Of a DNA stretch of 64,000 nt, positions 37,475 through 52,307 are shown piece after piece (the first letter of the stretch is position 1; each line of letters opens with the position of its first letter). Origin of the DNA: Paraspadella gotoi (Eukaryota > Animalia > Chaetognatha). The notes beneath the pieces were generated by a model that searched no databases, had not been told where the DNA came from, and worked only from the letters and a program-made list of their open reading frames with translations. Both the position numbers and the translations under genes were made by a program. The stretch covers positions 13,486,790 through 13,550,789 of the forward strand of contig CM119269.1 in assembly GCA_051294375.1 (NCBI GenBank). Reading direction: 5' to 3'.

Positions 37475-38397
37475 AAGAAGAGATTGAATAGAAAGAAAAT
37501 ATTTTGGAAAAAAAAAACAAACAAGGAAGAACTGAAAAGTAAGAATATTAAAAATATAAATTTGGATTATAAATTTTAACCGAGATTGATCAACTTGCTT
37601 TGAACTATTTCCTTTTTTTCCCCTTCTTAAAATCCATCCTCCCTCCTAAGCAGGGCCGAATGGCTGCAGGGAGACTCATCCGCGAGCGCCGCTGCAGGGA
37701 GTCGTCCTCAGCAGGACCGCCGAAGGATCCGCAGCGCCGCGAATCTAGAAAGAAAAACAAACCCAGACGCCGGTTCGGTTCGCTCATCTCTGGCGCCGCC
37801 TACCGCGTCGACATTTCTAAGAAATTCCCCGCCACCTGTCGTCGAGATTTAACGATGAAAACAGACGTCGATTTCTCCATCGAGAATTCGAGTCTCATTT
37901 TCGATGAGAGAGAAAAAAGATGGAAACATCGACTTTGGTTGACTTTCTGCCAAACGGATTGAAGAAATGCAAAATTGTGAATGAAGCAATGATGCAAAGA
38001 AAAATAAATGATACAGAGGTGGAGATATTTTAACTCAAAAGTCTTCATGTGTCAACAAGGTTTGTTTTTTTTACCAGATATCTCATATCACGAAATTAAC
38101 CGTTTATCTACGATTTAACAACTTCGGAATATTGCAAAGTATTTGACTATTAAGGTATTCCTTCTTATAGTTTTACTTCTAATTTTTATATAATGTCTTC
38201 TCACCGATTTGCACTCTTGACCATTTTAATAAATAAATGTTAATTTTAATAATAAAGTCTTCTTCATATCTCCGTTTGTCCGTCCGTCCGTACGTCCGTC
38301 CATCCGTCCGTCTTTCCTTTTCCTCTCGCTCATAAATCCATTAAACCACTTTCTCATTCTCCAGGTGAGAGTGGCTTCCTCGCTGAATTTTTTTTGA

Positions 38398-38482
<85 letters not shown>

Positions 38483-39342
38483 TCTCTCACTCTCTCTCTC
38501 TCTCTCTATCTCTCTCTTGTCCGCGATGATTGATTCTATGTTACCAGCCCTCAGGCGATGGGAAAAGGAGGGAGGGAAGCGCAGGAAGAGCTGGAGGGCA
38601 AAAAAGAGAAGAAAAGAAAAGAGAAGAAAAGAAAAAAAAAGTAAAGTAAAGAGAAGAAAATAAAAGAGAAGAAAAGAAAATAAAAGGAAAAAAAATAAAA
38701 GAGAAGAAAAGAACAGAAAAGAAAAGGAAAAAAAAATAAAAGAGAAGAAAAGAACAGAACAGAAAAGAAAAGAAATAAAGAAAATAAAAGAAAACAAAAC
38801 AAAAAAATGAAAATAAAAGAGTGGAAAAGAAAGAAAACAACAAAACAAAAAAAAACCCCAAAAATCAGAAAGAAAAACAAGAAATGATACAAAAGTAAAT
38901 AAACAACAAAATAACCAAATAACAAAATAACTTAAAAAAGGAAACGTGATAAATTATAAATTTGAAAGAAAAACTGAAACAAGAAACACGATATCAAAAA
39001 AAAAGGGAAAAAAACACGAAAAACTAAACACAATAAGCATAAACAATCAAAAAAAAGACATTTCAAGAGACAAAGCCGAAACTAAAAAAAAAACAAAACC
39101 AAATGAAAATATAAACAAAACAAGAATTTTTTTAAAAAAGTAACTAAAACATCGAAACTAAGAAACGGGACAAAATGAGAAAAGAAACAAAACACGAGAA
39201 AAGAAACGAAACAGAAAAAAAAGCTTTCGCCCCTTTCGCTTCGCCCCCCATTCGCTCATGAACTCTTTCCTCCTCTTCCTCTTCCTCCTCCCCATCAATT
39301 GTCAACAACAAACAAAACATCAATGATTCCAAACAGAAAAGA

Positions 39343-39375
<33 letters not shown>

Positions 39376-39910
39376 CCTGCTCGCTGGACCGAAAGGAAAA
39401 CCGACACGCGTTTTCAGTTAATTATTGACGCCCCTTTTCGTCACGGCGAATAAGGGGAGAGAAGGGAGGGGGAAGAGAGGGAGAGGAGAAGAGAGAGAGG
39501 AGAAGAGAGAGAAAGGGGAAGGAGAGAGAAGGTAAGGAGGAAGAGAGGAGAAGGAAGGGTAGAGAGGGAAAAGGGGGAGTGAGAGAGGGAAAAGGGGGAG
39601 TGAGAGAGGAGAGAGGGTAAAGGGGAAAGGGCAGAAGGGAGAGATAGAGAGAGGAAAGGAGAGAAGCAGGAACTGGAGGGAGAGATATAAGAGAGAGGGG
39701 TGGAAGAAAAAAGAAGGTGGAAGAGAGAGGGGAGAGAGAAAATAAAAGCAAGAAAGAAAGAAAGAAAGAAAAAAATAAAGAAAGAAAGAAAGAGAAAGAG
39801 AAAAATGTATTCAAATTTCAAAACTATTCGGGTGAAAAACAAAAACAAACTTACAAGTTACAAGGATGCATTAATTAAAATTCAGAATTAGGGAAATAAA
39901 GAAAGAAAAA

Positions 39911-39966
<56 letters not shown>

Positions 39967-40411
39967 AAAAAAGAAAGAAAGAAAGTAAAAAAGAAAAAGA
40001 TAAAGAAAGAAAAAAAGAAACTAAGTATGAAACAAACAAACATGAAACAAACAAACTTAGAAGAGTGAGAGTGAGAGAGAAAAAACGCATCCCAAATTGA
40101 GAAATCGTCTTTTTCGATCTTTCGACATAAAAAAAGAATTTTTCTTCCTCCTTAATTCAACCAATCGATCGTCATCGGAGGAAATGAGAGATGGAAGCTC
40201 AAAATGCGACGCGACTTCGGTTTCGTCGCAAATCAAAAGTCAATAACTTAATTATAATCATCAGAAATTTTAATTAATAGTCACTTTCTCGAGAGTCGAC
40301 GTTTTTGCGGAGGCAGCGGCGGATCTGGCGGTCGGTCGGTCGTGTTTGAGAGTTGAGAGGTGGTTTGCGAGCTTTTTAGATCTTTTTTTTTCTTTCTTTC
40401 TTTCTGTCAAA

Positions 40412-41001
40412 GAAATTAAAGTTCACCTGCGCTGATATTAATGCGGAAATATACCGTGATAAGCATCTCTTTTTCATACAGGGACTGCAAAACGATCCGT
40501 GTAAAAAACACTGCTTAATTTGTTACAAAAAAAATAATGTTTTTAGATATATAAAAGACCGATCGTCGAAAATTATAATATATAAATATATTATATGAAT
40601 ATATATATGAATATAATAAATATATTTATATTGAAAAATATTACCAGCTTATTTAAAAAATTTAATATCATAATGTCTTACATAACTATTTAATAAGAAC
40701 GAATTACAAATCAATTCCAAAGTGCGCAGCACAACAAGAAAAATTAAGATTAAAAAGTAAAAAAAATATGGTGGTTGAATTAATAATGAAAAGTAAAAAG
40801 TGGCATCGAAAATCAATTTGTTCCGCGGATCAGGGAGGAAGGGAGGAAGAAGGTGGAGGGAAGGGAAGAGGGTAGAGAGGAGAAGGATAGAGAAGGGGGA
40901 AAAAGGAAAAAAGATAGGGAAGAATATTTCGGAGAGTGGGCGTGGAGAGAAGATCCGACCGCTCTTTCCCTTCAATCTCAGCTCATGTGGTCGCAATTAA
41001 A

Positions 41002-41092
<91 letters not shown>

Positions 41093-44000
41093 CCTCATTT
41101 TACATTTTTATCCTCCCTTTTTTCTTTTTTTCCTTTTCACAGAAAACGATTTTTTCTTGCGGAAATTACTTTTGGATTCTCTCTCTCTGTCTTCTGTCTC
41201 TGTCTCTGTCTTCTCTCTTCTCTGTCTCGAAAAAAAGGGGGGCGACGATAAAAACCCAAATCCGTGAAACGAAGAAATAGTTACGGAGAAAGAGTGAGAG
41301 AGAGAGCGAGCCGCCCTTTCTCTGACTCGCTCAGAGTGAGACAGAGGACATCCGCAAAGGAGACATATGACCAATTGAAAAATGGCGTAACGTTACTGTT
41401 TCCGTGCATAAAAAAAATTCACTGTTTCAAATTATTATTATATTTGCTTTTATTTTTTGAAACGTTTTATAGTTTCATTATTGTTGATATTCCAAAAATC
41501 AAATTGCAAAATCTTTTTTTTAATGTTTTTAGATATGGACTGAATATAGGTGAAGATGATTAAAATTTTTTTAAAAAGTTACTTATTCATTATTTATTCA
41601 TAGAATTGTAATAGAAAAAATTAAAAAAAATAATAGAACTAATGTAGTGTTATGTCTCAAATAGATGGAAAAAAAACCTCATTTAAAAATTCGATCGGGA
41701 GGGGGGTAACTAAGGTTAACATGGCATCCTCCACGCCGAATTGTTTCTCTCAAATTAATTTTTTTTATTTAATACATATTGAAGAAAAAGAAATTTGGAA
41801 TGCAGGTTGCAGAAAGCAGGGTATAGTAATCTGGACTTATTGACATGATAACCATGGACCGTTTATATCTTGTGAAATGGGTGGCAGTAAAAATCTAAAA
41901 AATTTCATCATTAAGTTCAGTCAATGGTGAACCCTTTCAATGGGTATTACGAGATATTTTTTCTTTAATTTAAAAATGGATGATTAAATAATGAATAAAT
42001 TCTTTGCTATATTTAAAAAAAAATTATAATACATTTAACATAATGATGTTTTGCTTTGTCAGATATGTACCAGCTTATATAATTTTTTATAACTTTATTA
42101 TGATAAACAAGCAGTGTTGTCAAGCTTTTAGTTTGCAGTTAAAGATAATGAAAAATGACGATTTTTTTTCACAGACAAGAAGGTTAGATGTCCAGACTTG
42201 TTTATATCAAGCTGAAACATTTGTATATCATTTTTAATATCAAAATACCATTTTATCAAGTATCAACATAAATTTTTGCTTGTTTTTTACTTTAACTAAA
42301 AAATATAAGCAGTTTTATGTTGGAATAAAAAAAAATTTGATAATAAACAAAATGTAATTCAGTCTTTCCCTTTTTCAAATTACAAAAAGAAAAAGAAAAA
42401 ATTTCCATATGCCTTTTTCATTGAAATTTTTTAAAGCAAAAAACTGTTATACTTTTAACTCTGATTTAAACAAAGCTGTGGTAAATGATTTTATGGATTT
42501 AATTTTAATTAAAACTCTTTTAGAAAGGTTTGTTCCCATGATTAGGCTTTAATTTATACCACATCCACCTTGCTACCTATTTCTTTTTCAAAAGTTATTT
42601 TAAATAATAACTTTTTTTAAATTACGCAGTACAAATCTTTTTTAAATAAAAATTTCGACAAAGCATGGGAGTATCTCACTTATTTTCTATTGCGTACAAT
42701 ATTTAAATTTTAGAGACATATCACTTTCAGATGTACCCCATCGTATTAATAATTGTATTCATTAATTTCTCCAAAAAAAGCCTAATTAAAAGTTAAAATT
42801 TTTTTCAAATTGTTTGGAAAAAAAATTTTATTCGACTAGCTCATTGGAGAATAATTGGTTTGCATAGAAATCAAATATTCAAAAAAATAAAAAAATCAGC
42901 CTCTAGAAAAATCGAAGGCTAGGGCTGATTTTTTTAGGAATTCAAAATTTTTTTTCCTACTTCATAATCCATTATTTCTCAAGTTTCAATATATTTTTTT
43001 CCAAAATCATTCAAATCAATTTTTTTTTTTATTTAATTTAAAAATGTTTTTATATGTTGTTTTTGTTTGAAAGAATTTGAAAAAGTTGAAAAATATAGTA
43101 TATATAAGGTTTTTGAAAATACCTTTAAAAATATTAAATAATTAGACACAAGGGGAGTAAGCAGAGAAAACTTGCCATTCATAAAGAAAATGTAAATGAA
43201 TTTGTCATTATTGTTATTTAGAATTTAATGACTAATTACTAACAATTGATTCATATAAATTGAGGAAATTGTGGGGTAAAAAATATTCATCTTGGTCTCG
43301 GTTAACTATTAGTTATCGTTAATTTGTTTTTAATAATATTTAATATTTTTTTTGCATTTATAAAGCAATGGTCTTAAAATTGTAAGCGTTTTGAGCTATT
43401 ATTGCTTCATCTTTTTTATATTTTTGATCTTTAGTTAGCTTTTTGTTTGATGGTCAAGGGTTATGGTCAGATACAGTAATGTCAGTAGTGTATATTCGAC
43501 TATTTACAAAAGTTAATTGATCAATTAATTTGCTTCAGAAACAATTTTAAAGGGGACAAAATCGCACAGACGGTTTCGCCACGTTATTTTTCATTGTGTC
43601 ATATAACAATTGAATGAGACGTAAAAAGCAAAATTGGGAACATCTAAAATGAAATCAAAATGGGACGTTTATTTTGAAAAGGAGGGAATCTTGATCGCGG
43701 TAAATTGCGCTTATAAATGTTGACATTCGAAATTAAACAAAAGCAACATAAGACAATGACGATTCGAAACGATCGAGATAAAAAAAAAAAAAGAAACGCA
43801 ATAAACCGTAGTGGCCGAGAAAAATATATCTAAAACCGAGAGTGAATGAAGAAGATTACAAAAATTCAAAACGGAGTGGGATCGGCGAATGACGGCCGAA
43901 AATCCAGAGTTTCTTTGAATAAAAAAAAAAAAAAAAAAATAACAAATTTATATTTATTCGTCCCAACGGTGATGACTCGCTGAATATTCGTGGTTTCGAC

Positions 44001-46124
44001 CGAAAATCTATTTATAAACCTTCACGGGATCACTGGTACATCGTCGATATCACACATTCTGGCACAAACATCGCCTCGACTTCGATACCTTGGCAACGAA
44101 ATAGCGCTGGTACGTCTCTCCCGACATTTTATTTTCTCTATTGAAGTCACCGCGAATGGCCAATTCACGATCCGATCAACAATCACATCACTGGAATCGC
44201 TGTTCACGATGGACTCAGACCGAAGCGCCTATCAAGATTGAAAAACAGCGAATCGCCGATCACAAAAAGTCTCACGCCAGTCGAGATTCAAAATCACGAA
44301 CTCGACGAAGTAGTACTCACTCGAAAAGGCATCTCACTTTGTTGAGAAAATCACGGGAATCGAATGGAAACGTGAGAAAAGTGAGACGATCCGTGAAATC
44401 CGTTCACACATCAGTTCGAGATGCTTTCCCACTTTCCCCAGTCCGTCTCCGTTCATTCCAATCTCGCCATGTCGCCTCAATTGCGGTAAGTTACTGGGGT
44501 GATTGGTATAGGATGATTGGTATTAGGATGATTGGTAAGGGGTTAGCTGATTGGTCACGGGGTTTTTCTTTGTTTTCTTTTGCTTGGCGATTGAACAAAT
44601 GAACAAGCATCAAAGACAACAATGACTAGGATAATAACAACGATAAAATAAACAACAACCAAAAAAAACAAAAACAACATTCAAATCTCCTTGTTTTGTG
44701 ATTCGTGAATTTTTTCAGTGAAGTTTTTCAAATCTACTACAAGAAAAATCATCTATTTTTGCGTATTGATAATTAATAATTGAACATACAAAACAATGCT
44801 TGTGACTTGAAAAAAAGAATTCAAAGATACGACGACCAAGGTGAGAGTCAACGTAACGACGAACCACGGGACGACGATCCGCGACGGAGATGATGACAAG
44901 ACCAGGACGAAGACAATTATGAATGACAAGGACAAAAAAGACAAAAAAAAAAATCCGGAAACATTTACGACAAAGTAAAAAAAAACAACGACAACGTCGA
45001 CGACAGACGTAACGATCTCCCCGAAGCTTTTGACCCTGACGTGGAATGAGAGACTTTGACGGCGACGAAGGAAAAGATCGAAGACGAGAAACAAAAACAA
45101 AAGGACATCCTCGTCGCTGATGAGAGACGAAGATGTCGTCTTAACGATGACTAACGATGTCGTCCTCTGTCAAACAGGAATGACTGAACTTCAACGAGGA
45201 CGACGAAGACGAAGATGGCGATGATGACAATGATGATGACAATGACGAAGATGATGAGAACGACGATGAGGAAGACTATGATGACAATGACAAGATGATG
45301 GAACGATGAATGATGAAGGCGACGATGACAATGATGAGGACGATGAGGAAGACGATGATGACAATGATGAGGACGATGACAATGACGATGAAGAAGACGA
45401 CAATGACAATGATGAGGACGATGAAACAAACGATGAGGAAGATGATGATGACAATGACGAGGACAACGAGAATGACGAAGAGGAGACGATGATGACAATG
45501 ATGAGAACTATGAGAACGACGATTGGGGAAGACATCTCAAGGATATTAACCGATCGATGACAATGTGTTTCCAAAGTATTAAAAAGAAACAAAACAAATA
45601 AAAACAAAAAAACAAGAAAACAATTAGGTTGAAACCAGACAACGATATCCACAAACAACTAAGACGAAAACGATGTCAGCGTCAGTCAAAAGTGCATCGA
45701 CGATGACGAAGATGACGATGACAACGACGAAGACGATGGGGACCGCAACAATGACGACGACGACGACGACGAAGTGAAACTCGTGAAAAACTCGTGAAAA
45801 ACGTGAAGCCTCGAGGCATCACCTGCGTCGACGCGGGGAGGGACTGAGTCGACAGGGGGAGATATGGGGGGGTAGAGAGGAGAAGGGAAGGGTGTGGAGA
45901 GGGGGAAAGGAGGGGGGGAGGAGAGAGAGAGAGAGAGGTGAAGATTTAGGGGAAGTAAAGTTATGAAATAGAGAGAAGTAGGGAATTTACGGAAGTCAAG
46001 AGAAAAAGGAATGAGAGGAAAGACAAAGATAAAAAAATATAAAATAAGATAAGATTAATAAGATGAGAAAAAGAAGAAAGAGTCAGAGAAAAAGAAAAAG
46101 TAAAAGATGTGGTAATTTTTGAGA

Positions 46125-46211
<87 letters not shown>

Positions 46212-46570
46212 GAACTTCCGGTATCGCCGAGTCGCGCGCGAATTGACCCTCGTGTCACGTGGCAGCCGAGGCGCCCGTCGTCGGGTCACGTGCGAATCTC
46301 CGCCGCGTTGCGCCGACGCGGGGTTTTGGTGCGACTCGCACGTGAGGGGAGTCGCGCGTAGGGAAACATGCGTGGAAATCGCCGTCGGCTAGGAATAGTG
46401 TCTTTGAGTGTTTGTTAACAATAAATTTTTAAGATATAACCGGGTTTAATTTAGTTAAATCTAAAATCTAAAACCGCCGTTGCTGCCGCCGAAAGAGAAT
46501 TCGAAAGTCAATTTCTCGATCGCAAAGTTCGTTGATGCAGAGAGAGAAGAGACGAGAGAGAGAGAGAAGA

Positions 46571-46623
<53 letters not shown>

Positions 46624-46876
46624 ATGGGGAGATAGGAAAAGCTTTTAACCGTCGCGTTGAAATCAAGCAATATATTTGCTTCCTATTCTTTGATACAGAA
46701 TTACGGAAGAGAGAGAAAGACAGAAAGAACAAAAAATAGAAAAAAAGAGAAAGAAAGAAGAAAGAAAGAAAGAACAGAAAGAAAGAAAAGAGAAGAAAGA
46801 AAGAAAGAAAGAAAAGAAAGAAAGAAATGAAAGAAAAGAAAGAGCAGGACNNNNNNNNNNNNNNNNNNNNNNNNNT

Positions 46877-46909
<33 letters not shown>

Positions 46910-47036
46910 TTTCTATTTTTTGTTCTTTCTGTCTTTCTCTCTCTATCCGTAATTCTGTATCAAAGAATAGGAAGCAAATATCATTGCTTGATTTCAACGG
47001 CGACGGTTAAAAGCTTTTCCTATTCTCCCATTCTTT

Positions 47037-47090
<54 letters not shown>

Positions 47091-47474
47091 TCTCTCTCTC
47101 TCTCTTCTCTCTCTCTCTGCCATCACCGAACTTTTCGATCGAGAAATTTGACTTTCGAATTCTTCTTTATCGGCGGCACAACGGCGGTTTTAGATTTAGA
47201 TTTAACTAATTAAACCCGTTTATCTTTAAAATTTATTGCTTAACAAACACTCAAAGACACCTATTCCTAGCGACGCGTTTCCACGCATGTTTCCCCTACC
47301 GCGCGACTCCCCTCACGTGCGAGTCGCACCAAACCCCCGCGTCGGCGCACGCGGCGGAGGATTCGCACGTGACCCGACGACGGGCGCCTCCGGCTGCCAC
47401 GTGACACGAGGGTCAATTCGCGCGCGGACTCGGCGAACGGAAGTTCGTCAGAGAGAGAGAGATAGAGAGAGATG

Positions 47475-47518
<44 letters not shown>

Positions 47519-50231
47519 TCTCAAAATTACCCATCTTTTACTTTTTCTTTTTCTCTGACTCTTTCTTCTTTTTCTCATCTTATTAATCTTATCTTATTTT
47601 ATATTTTTTTTATCTTTGTCTTTTCCTCTCATTCCTTTTCTCTTGACTTCCGTAAATTCCCCTACTTCTCTCTATTTCATAACTTTACTTCCCCTAAATC
47701 TTCACCTCTCTCTCTCTCTCTCCTCCCCCTCCTCTTCCCCCTCTCCACACCCTTCCCTTCTCCTCTCTCCCCCCCATATCTCCCCCTGGTCGACTCAGTC
47801 CCTCCCCCGCGTCGACGCAGGTGATGCCTCGAGGCTTTCACGTTTTTTCACGAGTTTTTCACGAGTTTCACTTCGTCGTCGTCGTCGTCGTCATTGTTGC
47901 GGTCCCCATCGTCTTCGTCGTTGTCATCGTCATCTTCGTCATCGTCGATGCACTTTTGACTGACGCTGACATCGTTTTCGTCTTAGTTGTTGTGGATATC
48001 GTTGTCGTTGGTTTCAACCTAATTGTTTTTTCTTGTTTTTTTTGTTTTTATTTGTTTTGTTTCCTTTTTAATACTTTGGAAACACATTGTCATCGATCGG
48101 TTAATATCCTTGAGATGTCTTCCCCAATCGTCGTTCTCATAGTTCTCATCATTGTCATCATCGTCTTCCTCTTCGTCATTCTCGTTGTCCTCGTCATTGT
48201 CATCATCATCTTCCTCATCGTTGTTGTCATCGTCCTCATCATTGTCATTGTCGTCTTCTTCATCGTCATTGTCATCGTCCTCATCATTGTCATCATCGTC
48301 TTCCTCATCGTCCTCATCATTGTCATCGTCGCCTTCATCATCATCGTTCTCATCATCTTCGTCATTGTCATCATAGTCTTCCTCATCGTCGTTCTCATCA
48401 TCTTCGTCATTGTCATCATCATTGTCATCATCGCCATCTTCGTCTTCGTCGTCCTCGTTGAAGTTCAGTCATTCCTGTTTGACGAGGACGACATCGTTAG
48501 TCATCGTTAAGACGACATCTTCGTCTCTCATCAGCGACGAGGATGTCCTTTTGTTTTTGTTTCTCGTCTTCGATCTTTTCCTTCGTCGCCGTCAAAGTCT
48601 CTCATTCCACGTCAGGGTCAAAACGCTTCGGGGAGATCGTTGTCGTCGACGTTGTCGTTGTTTTTTTTTTACTTTGTCGTAAATGTTTCCGAGATTTTTT
48701 TGTTGTCGTTTTTGTCCTTGTCATCATAATTGTCTTCGTCCTGGTCTTTGTCATCATCTCCGTCGACGTTGAACTCGTCACCTTGGTCGTCGTTATCTTT
48801 GAATTCTTTTTTTTTTCAAGTCACAAGCATTGTTTGTATTGTCGATTATTAATTATCAATACGCAAAAATAGATAGATTTTTCTTGTAGTAGATTTGAAA
48901 AACTTCACTGAAAAAATTCACGAATCACAAAACAAGGAGATTTGAAATGTTGTTTTTGTTTTTTTGGTTGTTGTTTATTTTATCGTTGTTATTATCCTAG
49001 TCATTGTTGTCTTTGATGCTTGTTCATTTGTTCAATCGCCAGCAAAGAAAACAAAGAAAACAAAGAAAACCCCCGTGACCAATCAGCTAACCCCTTACCA
49101 ATCATCCTATACCAATCATCCTATACCAATCACCCCAAGTAACTTACCCGGCAATTGAGGCGACATGGCGAGATTGGAATGAACGGAGACGGACTGGGGA
49201 AAGTGGGAAAGCATCTCGACTGATGTGTGAACGGATTTCACGGATCGTCTCACTTTTCTCACGTTTCCATTCGATTCCCGTGATTTTCTCACAAAGTGAG
49301 ATGCCTTTTCGAGTGAGTTACTTCGTCGAGTTCGTGATTTTGAATCTCGACTGGCGTGAGACTTTTGTGATCGGCGATTCGCTGTTTTTCAATCTTGATA
49401 GGCGCTTCGGTCTGAGTCCATCGTGAACAGCGATTCACAGTGATTGTGATTGTGATCGTGATCGTGATTGGCCATTCGCGGTGACTTCAAGAGAAAATAA
49501 AATGTCGGAGAGACGTCACCGCGCTATTTCGTTGCCAAGGATATCGAAGTCGAGGCGATGTTTAGTGGCAGAATGTGTGATATCGACGATGTAACGTGAT
49601 CCCGTGAAGGTTTATAAATAGATTTTCGGGGAAACCACGAAATATTCAAGCGAGTCACACCGTTGGGGACGAATAAAAATAAATTTGTTATTTTATCAAG
49701 AAACTCTGGATTTTCGGCCGTCATTCGCCGATCCACTCCGGTTTTGAATTTTTGTAATCTTCTTCATTCACTCCGGTTTTAGATATATTTTTCTCGGCCA
49801 CTACGGTTGATTGCGTTTTTTTTTTATCTCGATCGTTCGATCGTCATTGTCTATTGTTGCTTTTGTCTTAATTTCGATGTCACATTTATAAGCGCAATTT
49901 ACCGCGATCAAGCTTCCTCCTTTTCAAAATAAACGTCCCATTTTGAATTTCATTTTAGATGGGTCCCATTTTGCTTTTTACGTCTCCATTCAATTGTTAT
50001 ATCTCTTTGCGGATGTCTCTGTCTCACTCTGAGCGAGTTCAGAGAAGGGCGGCTCGCTCTCTCTCACTCTTTTCTCCGTAACTTATTTCTTCGTTTCACG
50101 GATTTGGGTTTTTATCGTCGCCCCCTTTTTTTCGAGACAGAGAGAGAGAATCCCAAAAGTAATTTCCGCAAGAAAAATCGTTTTTCTGTGAAAAGGAAAA
50201 AAAAAGAAAAAGGGGGATAAAAATGGTAAAA

Positions 50232-50290
<59 letters not shown>

Positions 50291-50865
50291 AATTGCGACC
50301 ACAGGCTGAGATTGAAGGGAAGAGCGGTCGGATCTTCTCTCCCGCCCCCACTCCGAAATATTCCTCCCCTATTCTTTTTCCTTTTTCCTCCCCCCTTTCT
50401 CCTCCCATCCCCTCCTCCCCCCTCTTCCCCCTTCCTCCCCCTCTTCCTCCCCCCTTCGTCCCTCGAATCCGCGGGAGACAAATTGATTTTCGGATGCACT
50501 TCTTTACTTTTCATTATTATTCAACACATATTTTTTTTTACTTTTTATCTTATTTTTCTTTTCTGCTTCGCAACTATGGAATTGATTTGTAATTCTTTTA
50601 AATAGTTATGTAGACATTATGATATTAAATTTTTTTAAAAATCTGTAATATTTTTCATATAAATATATTTATATATTCATATTGAGGCTACAATATATAT
50701 ATTTATTATAATTTTCGACGATCGGTCTTTATATATCTAAAAACATTATTTTTTTGTAACAATTTTAAGCAGTGTTTTTACAGGATCTTTTGCAGTCCTG
50801 TATGAAAAAGAGATGCTATACACGGTATATTTCCCATTTATATTCAGCGCAGAACTTTAATTTTT
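40412..50865. repeat. Large inverted duplication centred on the N gap at 46851-46875
   Basis: 46876-50000 is the reverse complement of ~43602-46790; 50001-50865 mirrors ~40412-41367. Confidence 0.9.
41368..43601. mobile_element. ~2.2-kb non-autonomous TIR DNA transposon flanked by TA
   Basis: Left end TA|tgaccaattgaaaaatggcgtaacg, right end cgccacgttatttttcattgtgtca|TA (imperfect TIRs). The mirrored copy at ~50000 lacks the whole segment. No transposase ORF seen. Confidence 0.7.
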
Positions 50866-51811
50866 CTTCGCTTGGCTGTTCTCTTTTTTACGACTTTTTT
50901 ATTTTAGCTAAATTCTTTTCGCCTTCTTTTGATAAAGCGCTTTTAAAGTTGTTACAAAGCGAGGAGGTCAATAGTTGTGAATAATAATTTCACCGAAAAT
51001 GAATTTGAGTGTCATTTCGGGAAATAAAGAGTTTGTAAGTTTGTTTGTTTTTTTTATCGTTTGTAGTATTTTATTTAATTCCACTAAAGATGAAGTTGAA
51101 AGGAAGAAGGTTGATCTAGCGATGGCGCATCTTCATTTAGGGTTGACATTGATTTTCTTATTTTTCAAGTATCAATATGTTTGACGTGTATTATCGCGAA
51201 TTTTCGAAACTATGACGATATTACGTTAAATTTAACCATATATGTATTATTTTGCAGACCCGAAAAACGAAAGGCGCGTGATTCGAGGCGGCGAAGGATG
51301 AGAAAGCGAAAAGGAGAGCGATCATTGGAAGCGAGAGAGAGACAGAGTCGGAGGAGGGAGAGGAGGAGGAGAAAAGAGGAGGAAGAGGAGGCTGAAGAGG
51401 AAGAGGAAGAGATTGAAGGAAATTGAAACAATCGACGGAAAAGATCACGACGCTTATGAGTTTATTTTATATTTAGCTTAATATTATACTTATCATTAGG
51501 TATATTATCTAAAAAACTAGGGCAGAAACTATTTTTTTAGCCATGTGTCGCGTATCTATTTTTTTTTATATCCTACGATTCTCCCACCAAAAAAAAAGAT
51601 AAATACTAAATAGTAAAAATTATGAAAAATAGAAAAAAAAATAGAAAAAACGTAAATATAATAAATATTTAAATCATAAGAATTTAACAGAGTGTAATTT
51701 TGCAACTTATCTAAATTTCTTTTTGAATATCTAAACCATCTCTTTTCATATTTGTTAACTTAATGCACGTGTTTGACGTCCGCATGTACTGCAAAAGCTT
51801 TTCACTTACGC

Positions 51812-51850
<39 letters not shown>

Positions 51851-51852
<2 letters not shown>

Positions 51853-52253
51853 AGCTGTGGGAAGCGATTGATATTCCCGACAGATTCAACTATAACTTAT
51901 ATTAAAGTAGATTTTATATCTGTCAAAACAATCATTATAAGTTACAGTTAAAATATTTTATCAATAAAACTTTATAATAACCATTTTTACATTTAAAAAA
52001 GGAATTGTATAGTTTTTTGTAAAAGCTTTGCTTATAATCCCATGTTCGATAAGGTTTCTGGGGGGTTGCACAGACGGGGGAACGCTTCCGGTTTTCTCTG
52101 GGGATTTCCCTCTTTTTCTCCTGTCACCCCTACGATTTCAATTTTCTCCTTTCGACACTTTATGATTTTCTCTTTCCTTCTTCCTTTCTCCATTTTTTCT
52201 CTTTCTTACAAACCTCTTTTATCCTTTCCTTCCTTCCTCTCCTCTCTCTCCTC

Positions 52254-52307
<54 letters not shown>

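Noticed and set aside
45190-45560. Acidic D/E-rich protein exon
   Set aside because: Degenerate GAY/GAR trinucleotide repeat like many non-coding tracts here (17250, 23930); frame not conserved between the two copies.
40412-50865. Giant biological palindrome
   Set aside because: Centred on a 25-N gap, arms differ by indel-type noise and a TE presence/absence; better explained as a haplotype or gap-filling artefact.
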